Origin: an uncultured Clostridia bacterium
Lineage (GTDB): Bacteria; Bacillota; Clostridia; Christensenellales; CAMQZB01
Direction of reading: 5' to 3'
Length of the DNA: 64,000 nt
Assembly: GCA_964541255.1 (NCBI GenBank)
Contig: CAZIPL010000003.1
Coordinates: forward strand, 4,425 to 68,424
How positions within the stretch are numbered: position 1 is the first letter of the stretch; each line of letters starts with the position of its first letter. Shown in pieces: positions 27,427-36,478 of this stretch. A model generated the notes under the pieces. It worked only from the letters and a program-made list of their open reading frames with translations, was not told where the DNA came from and searched no databases. The translations under genes were made by a program, and so were the position numbers.

Positions 27427-27455
27427 TTGACAAACTGTATACATACGGTTATCAT
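27427..27455 (+). promoter_or_regulatory. sigma-A promoter with an imperfect palindrome filling the spacer (candidate TetR operator)
   Basis: TTGACA (27427-27432), 17-bp spacer, TATCAT (27450-27455). AACTGTATACATACGGTT (27433-27450) is 14/18 self-complementary. Confidence 0.45.
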
Positions 27456-27496
27456 ATTATTAAGAAAAGACAAATGTCAAAAATTTTGGGAGGGAA

Positions 27497-29545
27497 ATGA
27501 TGAATAAAGAGCTTTATATTCCGCAAAACGACGAGTTTTATGCGAAACGCTACATCGACGTTGATGAAATGCGTACAAGGGTTACGCCTTATGGCGACGA
27601 AATCGAGTTCAGATACGTGCACGGCGGCTTTGAGGGTACTAACGTGAAGTTCTCGCTTTGCATGCCTAAAAAGGAAAATTGCGACGGAAGAATATATAAT
27701 TATCTCAATCCGTCTCCTGACGGGGATGAAGAAATGGCTGCTTTGCCGTTAACGGGCGAAGAAGATCAGATTTCTTTTTGCTTAATCAACAATTCATGCT
27801 TTTTGGAAAGCAATATGGGTTCCGTTCAAGCGGATGTTCCTATGCTTGATCCAACGATAGTTTGGAAGTCGAGCGCGCAAGTTATGGTCTTTGCGAAAGA
27901 AATCGTTAAAGAGCATTGCGGAAAAGAAAAGATTTACGGCTATGTTCACGGCGGCTCTGGCGGCGGATATAAGACAATGGCGTGCATAGAAAACACCGAC
28001 GGAGTTTTCGACGGCGCGCTTCCTTACGTTATCGGCTCCCCCGTATCTCTTCCCAACACATTGTCTATGCATGCTTTGGGGCAAAGAGTTTTGAGGAACG
28101 CTTTCAAAAAATTTTATTCGAACATCGATGCGGGCGGCTCGGGAAATATCTACGACGGATTAAACGAAGTGGAATGCGCGGCTTTGAAAGAGCTTAGTAT
28201 TATGGGCTTTCCCGCAAAAGCTTGGTTTTATGAAGCAAGGGGAATGTTTGACGGAACGCTTCTTTCGGTAGTTATCCCTGCCGTCAAAATGATGGATCCG
28301 ACGTACTTCGACGATTTCTGGAAGAAAGAGGGATACGAAGGACATGATGACGTATACTTTGCTAAGCGCGACAGAATGCAGTTTGAGGGCGTAATCAAGA
28401 GCGTTCATATCGCAAAAGGCGACGATTCGGAAATATCGGTTACGGGTGTAAACAGCGCGTGGAAAAAAGGCTTTACATATCTTAAAGGCGCGTATATCGA
28501 GCTTGAAGAGTTACCCGAGGGAGAGGACATATACCTTGGCGGAGTTAACATAAACATCACAAGCGGAGATGGCAAAGGTCTTTTCTTTGGCGTTGAATCG
28601 TTGGAACGCGACGAAAACGGCGGCGGAAAGGTATATCTTGGATATACTTTGGGTGAAATCGACATTCAAGAGGCGTTAAAGAAGTTGTCTGTCGGCGATA
28701 AGGTATATATGGAAAACGCCGACTATGTCGCGGCGCAATATTATTATCGCCATCAAGTTCCCGAAGACAGAAGCTTTAAGGCGTGGGAACAGTTCAGAAA
28801 CGAAAACGGTGAAGTTATTTTGCCGCAAAGAAGTTTCGTGATCGGATATCATTTCAACGGAACGGGCGTTGTTCAATGCGGAGATATTCATTGCAAGACG
28901 ATAAATCTTCAATCCTTAATGGACGAATCGACATGTCCTTGGTGTGCGGATTGGTATAGAGGAAAAGTTGCCGAAAACGGAAAGCTCGACGATTTCAGAA
29001 CATACTATTTCGAACGCACGATGCACGGCGATTACGATTGCCCGCAAACCAACCTAAATGTAAGCTATGTCGGAGCGAAGAGACAATTACTTCTCGATTT
29101 GGCAAAGTGGGTTGAAGAAGGTATCGAGCCTCTTCCGTCAACTAATTACGAAATGATAGACAACGAGCCTGTTGTTCCCAAAAACGCAAAGGAAAGGGGC
29201 GGAATTCAGCCGACGGTAGAATTCACCGCAAACGGTAGCGATTTTGCTAAAGTTAAGGTCGGAGAGCCCGTTAAGTTTGTTGTAAAGACAGAAGTTCCCG
29301 AAAACGCGGGAAAAATTACAGATATTGCGGTTGACTTAATCGATCACGACATAACGGTTAAGCGCGTTGAATTTGACAAAGTACTTTCTTTTGACGAAAA
29401 CGGCAGCGCGGAGTTTACCGAAACTTTTGAAGAAAAAGGCGAAAGATTTGTTTCCGTAATTATAAAATCGCAAAGAAACGGAGATAAAAACGACTTCTTC
29501 ACCAAAGTTAAGAATCTTGCGAGAGTCAAAGTTGTCGTTGAATAA
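27497..29545 (+). CDS. Putative cytoplasmic alpha/beta-hydrolase (esterase) with a large cap insertion and a C-terminal Ig-like beta-sandwich domain
   Basis: Nucleophile-elbow-like HGGSGGGY, then a later LMDES and TMHGDYD in Ser-Asp-His order. No signal peptide. The C-terminal ~110 aa has an alternating beta pattern. This is a motif-level inference only. Confidence 0.4.
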   Translation: MMNKELYIPQNDEFYAKRYIDVDEMRTRVTPYGDEIEFRYVHGGFEGTNVKFSLCMPKKENCDGRIYNYLNPSPDGDEEMAALPLTGEEDQISFCLINNSCFLESNMGSVQADVPMLDPTIVWKSSAQVMVFAKEIVKEHCGKEKIYGYVHGGSGGGYKTMACIENTDGVFDGALPYVIGSPVSLPNTLSMHALGQRVLRNAFKKFYSNIDAGGSGNIYDGLNEVECAALKELSIMGFPAKAWFYEARGMFDGTLLSVVIPAVKMMDPTYFDDFWKKEGYEGHDDVYFAKRDRMQFEGVIKSVHIAKGDDSEISVTGVNSAWKKGFTYLKGAYIELEELPEGEDIYLGGVNINITSGDGKGLFFGVESLERDENGGGKVYLGYTLGEIDIQEALKKLSVGDKVYMENADYVAAQYYYRHQVPEDRSFKAWEQFRNENGEVILPQRSFVIGYHFNGTGVVQCGDIHCKTINLQSLMDESTCPWCADWYRGKVAENGKLDDFRTYYFERTMHGDYDCPQTNLNVSYVGAKRQLLLDLAKWVEEGIEPLPSTNYEMIDNEPVVPKNAKERGGIQPTVEFTANGSDFAKVKVGEPVKFVVKTEVPENAGKITDIAVDLIDHDITVKRVEFDKVLSFDENGSAEFTETFEEKGERFVSVIIKSQRNGDKNDFFTKVKNLARVKVVVE

Positions 29546-29551
29546 AAAAGT

Positions 29552-30127
29552 ATGGCGAAATATTACGATAAATATTCCGACAAAATAGTCGGAATATCAA
29601 ACGACGAAGCAAGAAAGTTTACGCGCGAGTGCATATGCACGGCAATAGTAAAGCTCATGAAAGAAAAAGAGTTTTCGAAAATCACCGTGACGGACATTTG
29701 CGAAAAAGCGGGCGTTTCGAGAGCGGGTTTTTATCGAAACTTCAAGGATAAAGAAGCGGTTTTAGAGGATATTCTCGCAACGGCAAATGTATATTCGGCT
29801 AATTCTTTGAAGTTTATGGCGACAAGCCAAAAAGGAGATGTTAATTTTTGGCTTGAAACGATAAGGTCGATTTGCAATCGCGAGCGCGGCTTTGCCGCCG
29901 TTATGGAAATCCTCGAAACGGGACAGGGCGAGGTTCTCATAAGATTCATTAATAAGCTTGCCGAAAGGGAGCTTAGCCTCGGCGAAGAAGAAAAGGTTTC
30001 TTTGATGGCGGCATACTTTTGGGCAGGCGCGTTGGTAAATTTATTTACTTATTGGCTGAAAACGGGACAGAAAGAAACGCCCGAAGAGTTGACGGAATAT
30101 ATTTTGAACGCGCAAAACTTTAGATGA
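29552..30127 (+). CDS. TetR/AcrR-family transcriptional regulator
   Basis: N-terminal HTH: ITVTDICEKAGVSRAGFYRNFKDKEAVL. 191 aa. Confidence 0.88.
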   Translation: MAKYYDKYSDKIVGISNDEARKFTRECICTAIVKLMKEKEFSKITVTDICEKAGVSRAGFYRNFKDKEAVLEDILATANVYSANSLKFMATSQKGDVNFWLETIRSICNRERGFAAVMEILETGQGEVLIRFINKLAERELSLGEEEKVSLMAAYFWAGALVNLFTYWLKTGQKETPEELTEYILNAQNFR

Positions 30128-30173
30128 AATAGCAAAAGCTATACAAATAAAACCATTTTTAAGGAGAATAATA

Positions 30174-31565
30174 ATGGGAAAAAGAGTTAAAAAGATCAAA
30201 AACCCCGACAAAGTTCCTTTCGGAATTATTGTTACGTGGGCATTACCGGGGCTTGCACTTGCGGCACAGCTCATGGTTATCGGACAGATAAACCTCTTCT
30301 CGACCTCTGTTTTGGGGCTTGAAGCGGGCTTAATCGCCGGGCTTATGGTTGCAAGTAAGGTTATCGACTGCTTCACCGACTTTGTGGTCGGATATTTGGT
30401 AGATAACACGAACACTAAATGGGGACGCGGAAGACCGTATGACTTCTGCGCTGCGTTCACTTGGGTGTTTACGGTGCTTATTTATCTTTGCCCGCCAAGC
30501 TTTTCTAAGGTCGGAAAATGCGTTTGGATCATGGTTTTCTATGTCCTTATGAGTTCGGGCTTCTATTCGATCTATTCCGCAGCACAAGGACCTTATATGG
30601 TCAGAGCGTTCAACGATAATAACAAATACGTTCAGCTCAACTCCTATTCGGGACTTATCACAATGCTAGGCGCTGTTATCGTTAATATCATTATGCCTCA
30701 ACTTCTTGCGCAAGACGGCACGAGAGAGGGTTGGCTCAGAATGGTACTTATCTTTGCGGTTCCCTTGTCGATCATTTCGCTCATCAGATTCTTTGTCATT
30801 AAGGAAAAGTATTCCGTAGACGCAAAGACGGAGCATGTCAGAATCAAAGATATTTTCGATGTATTGAAGCTCAACAAGAATATCTACCCCATCGCATTCA
30901 TGCTTTTGATGGTAAATATCGTCGGCAATATGGGCGTTTCGACATATTATTATCAATACGTAGTAGGCGACATTGGTCTTGCAAGTATCGGCGGCGTTCT
31001 TCAGATCGTTATGGTTCCCATTATGTTCATATTCCCGCCGCTTCTCAAAAAAGTTAAACTTTCGCAAACCTTTGCCGCAGGCTTTATTTCTTGTATGATC
31101 GGTTGCCTTATCAACTGGTTCGCAAACGACAACATCGTACTTCTTGTTATCGGCGGAATATTCACAGGCATAGGAGCTGTTCCGAACAATATGTTCTCGG
31201 GACTTTTGCTCTTGCAGTGCGCGGATTACAACGAATGGAAAGACAAACCCAGAATGGAAGCGACGATGTCGGCACTCCCTGGTCTTATGGGAAACATCGG
31301 AACGGCTCTTGGCGGTGCGCTCCTCGGCGTGTTCCTTACTATCGGCGGTTTCGTAAGCTCGACGGAGGGAATTTCCTACGAACAGCCGCAGTCCGCAATC
31401 ACAATGCTGAGACTTTTGATAAGCTTCATTCCTATGGCGCTTTACGCATTGTCTTTCGTTGCGATTAAGTTCTATAAGCTCGAAGATATGCTTCCTCAGA
31501 TGATGAGCGATTTGGCAGAAAAGAGAGCAAGCTATAACACCGCAACTGAAGAAGTCGGCGAATAA
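30174..31565 (+). CDS. GPH/MFS_2-family glycoside:cation symporter (distinct subfamily)
   Basis: Signature VIDCFTDFVVGYLVDNTNTKWGRGRPY and a twelve-TM pattern. AAGGAG RBS. Confidence 0.85.
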   Translation: MGKRVKKIKNPDKVPFGIIVTWALPGLALAAQLMVIGQINLFSTSVLGLEAGLIAGLMVASKVIDCFTDFVVGYLVDNTNTKWGRGRPYDFCAAFTWVFTVLIYLCPPSFSKVGKCVWIMVFYVLMSSGFYSIYSAAQGPYMVRAFNDNNKYVQLNSYSGLITMLGAVIVNIIMPQLLAQDGTREGWLRMVLIFAVPLSIISLIRFFVIKEKYSVDAKTEHVRIKDIFDVLKLNKNIYPIAFMLLMVNIVGNMGVSTYYYQYVVGDIGLASIGGVLQIVMVPIMFIFPPLLKKVKLSQTFAAGFISCMIGCLINWFANDNIVLLVIGGIFTGIGAVPNNMFSGLLLLQCADYNEWKDKPRMEATMSALPGLMGNIGTALGGALLGVFLTIGGFVSSTEGISYEQPQSAITMLRLLISFIPMALYALSFVAIKFYKLEDMLPQMMSDLAEKRASYNTATEEVGE

Positions 31566-31593
31566 AAAGCGAAAATAAAACAATATCAAAACA

Positions 31594-31619
31594 AAAGGGA
31601 CGTTGATACGTCCCTTTTT
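31594..31619 (+). terminator. Rho-independent terminator after the GPH transporter
   Basis: AAAGGGACG (31594-31602) pairs with CGTCCCTTT (31609-31617), then TT. Confidence 0.75.
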
Positions 31620-31902
31620 CTGTGTTTTGAAATAAACAGAATACAAAAAAGCAAATAAAACATAATTTATCAAATAACGATATTGTTTACTTTAAAAGAA
31701 AAAGCAAATTAAACCGAACTAATCAATAATGCGGTATCGCAAATAGCAATCGAATATAGGGCTAAAAAGCATAGATTTTTTGCAATACGATAAAACGTTA
31801 ACTTTATCCATTGATAGTCTCGCAATTGAGTTTTTACTCAATCGATTTGCAATCTAAAGTTAAACTCACTAATAATACTTTAATACGAAATTTTATGCAA
31901 AC

Positions 31903-31937
31903 AAAAACCGCACTCCCTAAAAAGCTAAGGAGTGCGG
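31903..31937 (-). terminator. Rho-independent terminator of pduL
   Basis: CCGCACTCC (31908-31916) pairs with GGAGTGCGG (31929-31937). A T-run follows on the minus strand (A5 at 31903-31907). Confidence 0.65.
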
Positions 31938-31969
31938 CAAAAATAAAGTTTTGTTTTGAATCACATTGA

Positions 31970-32542
31970 TTATTTAACGATTTCGCCGTAGCAGTTTACC
32001 ATCGGGCAAGCGGCTGCGTTGGATTCGTCTGTATCGAGGTGAACTGCGGTTGCGAACTTCGGAGAAACTCTGACTACAACGTCGTCGAAGATTACCTTTC
32101 TTCCCTCTCCGCCGCAAGCGATTTTGATGATTTCCTTATCGGAAACGCCTAATACTGCTGCGTCTTCGGGAGTCGTGTGGAGGTGACGCTTTGCAACGAT
32201 AACGCCCTCTTCTATTTCAACTTCGCCGCAAGGTCCGACGAGTTTGCAGCCGGGAGTACCTGCGATGTCGCCTGATTCTCTGATAACGCCCTGTACGCCG
32301 ATGTTTCTTGCATCCGTAGCCGAAAGCTCGACCTGATTTGCGTTTCTGCAAGGTCCCAAAATAGAAACGCCTGCAAGCTCGCGCTTAGGTCCTACAACGG
32401 TGATTTTCTGCTCGGAAGCGAACTGACCGGGCTGAGAAAGGTCTTTTTTCTTGGTAAGGGTTGCGCCCTGTCCGAACAAAACTTCCAAAGTTTCCTGTGT
32501 TACGTGCGCGTGGCGCGCAGAAGTTTCAACCAATACTTTCAT
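31970..32542 (-). CDS. pduL: Phosphate propanoyl/acetyl-transferase PduL
   Basis: 190 aa. VETSARHAHV...LSQPGQFA...ILGPCR...QVELS.TDA...RESGD and a second RHLH repeat give the duplicated PduL architecture. Confidence 0.88.
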   Translation of the reverse strand: MKVLVETSARHAHVTQETLEVLFGQGATLTKKKDLSQPGQFASEQKITVVGPKRELAGVSILGPCRNANQVELSATDARNIGVQGVIRESGDIAGTPGCKLVGPCGEVEIEEGVIVAKRHLHTTPEDAAVLGVSDKEIIKIACGGEGRKVIFDDVVVRVSPKFATAVHLDTDESNAAACPMVNCYGEIVK

Positions 32543-32650
32543 ATATATTTATCTCCTTTATGGTTTCGTGAATCGATATAGAATGCTTTTGATATAAAAC
32601 GCAAAAGCTTACCTCGATATTTTACTACATTTTCATTAAATTGACAAGGG

Positions 32651-33313
32651 TTATTTTGTCAAAGCGAAATCGATAGCACGTTCTTTTAAGAAATTATTGC
32701 ATTTCGAAAACGGCTTGCTGCCGAAAAAGCCGTTATAAGCCGACAACGGGCTTGGGTGCACGGATTCGATTACGAAATGTTTCGTCGTATCGATAAAGCG
32801 TTTTTTGCTTCGCGCGTTTCCGCCCCACAAGAAAAAAACTACGGGAGTATCCTTTTCGTTGATTTTCTTGATTACGTTGTCGGTGAACTGCTCCCAACCG
32901 CAGGTTTTGTGAGAATTGGCTTGCCCCTCTCGCACCGTAAGCACGGTGTTGAGAAGAAAAACCCCCTCTTTCGCCCATTTCGTAAGGTCGCCGCTTTCGG
33001 GGATTTCAACGCCCAAATCGTCGTGAAGCTCTTTGAAGATATTGACAAGGGACGGCGGAATTTTGACGCCCTTTGCAACCGAAAAGCAAAAGCCTTGCGC
33101 TTGACCATATTCGTGATACGGGTCTTGCCCGACGATAACGGCTTTTATATCTTTATAAGGCGTTAGCTTGAACGCGGTGAAGATTTGATCCATAGGCGGA
33201 TAAACCGTGCGAGAAAAATACTCTTTTTTAAGAAATTCCCTAATTTTGAGATAGTTTTCGCTACGAAATTCGTCGTATAGGATGTCGTCCCAGTCGTTGC
33301 CGATATTAACCAT
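32651..33313 (-). CDS. ung: Uracil-DNA glycosylase (family 1)
   Basis: Motifs: VIVGQDPYH, GQAQGFCFSV, LLNTVLTV, HPSPLSA. Confidence 0.93.
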   Translation of the reverse strand: MVNIGNDWDDILYDEFRSENYLKIREFLKKEYFSRTVYPPMDQIFTAFKLTPYKDIKAVIVGQDPYHEYGQAQGFCFSVAKGVKIPPSLVNIFKELHDDLGVEIPESGDLTKWAKEGVFLLNTVLTVREGQANSHKTCGWEQFTDNVIKKINEKDTPVVFFLWGGNARSKKRFIDTTKHFVIESVHPSPLSAYNGFFGSKPFSKCNNFLKERAIDFALTK

Positions 33314-34088
33314 TTTGTTCCTCGCTTTGTTCGTCGGAGTTTTCGTCTCGGGTTTCCTTTAAGTCGTCGATTTTATCTTTAAGCTTAGAAAGCTGTTCGC
33401 GGATACTTTCGGAAAGAGAGAAATCGTCGTTGAACGGAATGAAGAAGTTATAACGTCTGCCGCGTTCGCGCATTTTCTTTCTGACGGAAACTTTAAGCTC
33501 TTCAAGCGAGATAGCCTCTTTTCTTGCCGAGATAGCGTCGAGCTTTGCTTCGACGACCTCCTTTTTGAACTTGGCGAGCTTTGCTGTGAAGTCGATTGTC
33601 GCGAAGAAGTCGCAAAGGAAAATTCCGTAAAACAGCCCTATCAAAAGGTAAGTATAATAATGATTGAGAATGTAATGCACTACCGTGTCGAGAGTCGGGA
33701 ATACGAAGAAATAAAACAGCGTTCCCAAAACCGTCCAAAGGAACGAATACAGCGGGCAGATTATGCCTTGAATGTTCCCCCAGCAAGTGCTGTAATCCCA
33801 AAGCTTAATCTTCATTCCCTTGATAAAGATTATGCCCGCAATATATTCGATAAGTGTCATAACAACGCAAAATAGCAAAATCTTTATCGCAAGGTGAACG
33901 GGAAGCGACGAGATTGCATAAAGTAGCACCGTGCCGAAGCCGTATAGCGGAAGCCACGGGCCGTGCAAAAAGCCTGGGTTTTTCCAAACCTTCGGAGGCG
34001 AGAAGAAACGTCTCCAAAATACTTCGATTACCCAACCGGTCATTGCGCCTATTGCAAATAAAATCAAAATTGCCACAAATACTTCCAT
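33306..34088 (-). CDS. Polytopic membrane protein of the DUF1113 (putative ABC-transporter type IV) family with a charged C-terminal tail
   Basis: N-terminal GWVIEVFWRRFF...NPGFLHGPWLPLYGFG pattern, then several TM helices, then an acidic tail. Overlaps the ung start by 8 nt. Confidence 0.5.
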   Translation of the reverse strand: MEVFVAILILFAIGAMTGWVIEVFWRRFFSPPKVWKNPGFLHGPWLPLYGFGTVLLYAISSLPVHLAIKILLFCVVMTLIEYIAGIIFIKGMKIKLWDYSTCWGNIQGIICPLYSFLWTVLGTLFYFFVFPTLDTVVHYILNHYYTYLLIGLFYGIFLCDFFATIDFTAKLAKFKKEVVEAKLDAISARKEAISLEELKVSVRKKMRERGRRYNFFIPFNDDFSLSESIREQLSKLKDKIDDLKETRDENSDEQSEEQNG

Positions 34089-34192
34089 AAAAGTACCTCC
34101 GAAAATATTTTAGCATAGCGTGCGGAAAAGTCAAGAAAATTATCGAGATTGAATAAAAGATAGCTCATATAATAAAGAATTATAAATAGTAT

Positions 34193-34220
34193 TTGACTTT
34201 TTCGGCGTTTATGGTAAAAT
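34193..34220 (+). promoter_or_regulatory. sigma-A promoter, about 160 nt upstream of the phospholipase C-like gene
   Basis: TTGACT (34193-34198), 16-bp spacer, TAAAAT (34215-34220). Confidence 0.5.
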
Positions 34221-34381
34221 ATAATTAAATAGGATAAAAACTTGTCGTTAGCTATCGAAAACTTTCGAAAGGGATCGATTTATGAAAAAAAGACGAAAAA
34301 GCATTCTAAAGGTACTATAACTAAGGGGTTATCGATATTAGATAGGAACTTAATTAACTATAAAAACTTACGGAGAACGAT

Positions 34382-35200
34382 ATGGCGGATTTTACCACCC
34401 ACTACATAACTGCATATAAGTTTTTGAACGGCAAAGGCTTTTCGAAGAACTTCACGGAGGGGTTTTACTTCGGCGTGCAAGGCCCCGACATTTTTTTCTA
34501 TCATACGCCGATGAAGGGCGGCAGCGACGGATATGTCGTCGGCGGAAAACTTCACAAGAAAACGCAAGAAGAGCTGTTTAAAAAAGGTCTCGACACGATT
34601 TTCGAGAGAAACGATTATTATCGCGGCTATTATTTCGGCGTTTTGCTGCACTATTACGGCGACGCGAACATTCATCCGTATGTCGGATTTACCGAAAGAG
34701 AATGCAAAAACGAGCTTTCTCATGCGGAGATTGAAAAGCGCATCGACGTAGAGATGTATAAAGAAACTTTCTCCGAAAGCATAAACGACTTTAAGGTTAA
34801 AAATTATTATAAGGTAAGCTCCGCGCTTTGCGACGAGATTGTCAACTTTTGGTCGGAGCGTGCGGAAATATTGAATCTTTCCAAAAAGTATATCAAAAAA
34901 TGCATGAACAATATGGTTATGTTCAACTGCATGTTTTCAAAGTGCAACCCAAATCTTTTGAAAGTTTTGAAAAAGCTTGACGGCGAAGGACAGAGCTTGA
35001 CTGGGCATTTCAAATACGGCGAATACGACACCATTCTTAATAAAGATGAACGCACATGGATTCGTCCCGACGGAGAAGTTACGCTATCCGTTCCGACGAT
35101 GTGCGAAACCGCCGTTAAAGAGTTTGAAAAAAAGTATAACGAAATAAAGAGCGGCGATGCGGTGTTTACCGACGTTCGCACCTTTGAATACGGATTGTAA
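34382..35200 (+). CDS. Zinc-dependent phospholipase C-family-like protein
   Basis: N-terminal FTTHYITAYKFL...GVQGPDIFFYH and later His-rich positions resemble the Zn_dep_PLPC family. Motif-level call. Confidence 0.45.
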   Translation: MADFTTHYITAYKFLNGKGFSKNFTEGFYFGVQGPDIFFYHTPMKGGSDGYVVGGKLHKKTQEELFKKGLDTIFERNDYYRGYYFGVLLHYYGDANIHPYVGFTERECKNELSHAEIEKRIDVEMYKETFSESINDFKVKNYYKVSSALCDEIVNFWSERAEILNLSKKYIKKCMNNMVMFNCMFSKCNPNLLKVLKKLDGEGQSLTGHFKYGEYDTILNKDERTWIRPDGEVTLSVPTMCETAVKEFEKKYNEIKSGDAVFTDVRTFEYGL

Positions 35201-35214
35201 TAAAGGAGGAACCA

Positions 35215-36381
35215 ATGAGAAATTTCGAATATGCAAACCGCACGAAGATAGTATTCGGCAAGAATTGCGAAAACGAGCTTTTGTTCGAGCTTAGAAAATA
35301 CGGAGACAGAGTTTTATATGTCTACGGCGGTTCGACGATAAAAAAGAGCGGCTTATACGAAACGATAGCAATGCAGCTTCGCGAGGCGAACAAATCCGTT
35401 TGCGAGCTTGGCGGCGTTCAGCCTAACCCCAGACTCTCGCTTGTAAGACGTGGTATCGAGATCGCCAAGAGAAACAAAGTCGAGCTTATTTTGGCTGTGG
35501 GCGGCGGATCTGTTATCGATACGGCGAAAGCTATCGCGATAGGCGCCGTCAACGACGGCGACGTTTGGAATTACTACGAGAACGGAATAGTTCCTCACCG
35601 CGCGATTCCCATCGGCGTTGTTTTGACAAATGCCGCGTCGGGAAGCGAAGGCTCCGATAGTTCGGTCATTACGAATGAAGAAATCGGAATCAAAAAAGGA
35701 CTCAATGCATCGTGTATCGTTCCGAAGTTTGCGTTTATGAACCCAGAAAGGACGTTTACTCTTTCGAAATATCAGACCGCTTGCGGCTGCGTGGATATTT
35801 TGTCTCACCTTTTCGAGAGATACTTTACTCCCGACGAGAATAACGATTTGACAACCAATCTTTTGATTGCGGGAATGAAGACTCTTGTCAAGAACGCACC
35901 GATAGCGTACCAAAGCCCCAAAGACTATAACGCAAGAGCGGAAATTATGTATACGGGAACGCTTGCGCACAATGGTTCGCTCTCCGTCGGAAGACGCGGA
36001 GATTGGGCAAGCCACAAAATCGAACACGCACTTTCCGCAACAAACGATATTGCGCACGGCGAGGGTCTTGCAATAGTCATACCTGCGTGGATGAAGTACG
36101 TTTATGAGGTTCGTCCGTCGGCGTTTGCTCTTCTTGCAACGGAGGTCTTCGGCATAGAAAAAGGCGAAAAGAGCGACGAACAGCTTACGTATGAGTTCAT
36201 TACGGCTCTTGAAGAGTTCTATAAAAAGCTCGGTATGAGAACAAAACTTTCAGAAGTAGGTTTTGCCGAAAGCGACATTACTAAACTTGCGGAAAACGCG
36301 ATGTTTAAGTTTGATACTATAGGCGGATTTATGCGCCTTAACAGAAACGACGTCGAAAATATTCTTCGCCTTGCGTTCTGA
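35215..36381 (+). CDS. Iron-containing alcohol dehydrogenase (butanol dehydrogenase/YqhD-like)
   Basis: 388 aa. Motifs: GGGSVIDTAKAIA and the metal-binding His cluster HKIEHALSATNDIAHGEGLA. AGGAGG RBS. Confidence 0.88.
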   Translation: MRNFEYANRTKIVFGKNCENELLFELRKYGDRVLYVYGGSTIKKSGLYETIAMQLREANKSVCELGGVQPNPRLSLVRRGIEIAKRNKVELILAVGGGSVIDTAKAIAIGAVNDGDVWNYYENGIVPHRAIPIGVVLTNAASGSEGSDSSVITNEEIGIKKGLNASCIVPKFAFMNPERTFTLSKYQTACGCVDILSHLFERYFTPDENNDLTTNLLIAGMKTLVKNAPIAYQSPKDYNARAEIMYTGTLAHNGSLSVGRRGDWASHKIEHALSATNDIAHGEGLAIVIPAWMKYVYEVRPSAFALLATEVFGIEKGEKSDEQLTYEFITALEEFYKKLGMRTKLSEVGFAESDITKLAENAMFKFDTIGGFMRLNRNDVENILRLAF

Positions 36382-36478
36382 TAAAAACATCTCGGATTTA
36401 TTAAAAAATCCTTTTGAAAGGAATAGATAATTCTTATTAAAAAAATGACAGTTTTTGCTTAAACCGTCATTTTTTTAA

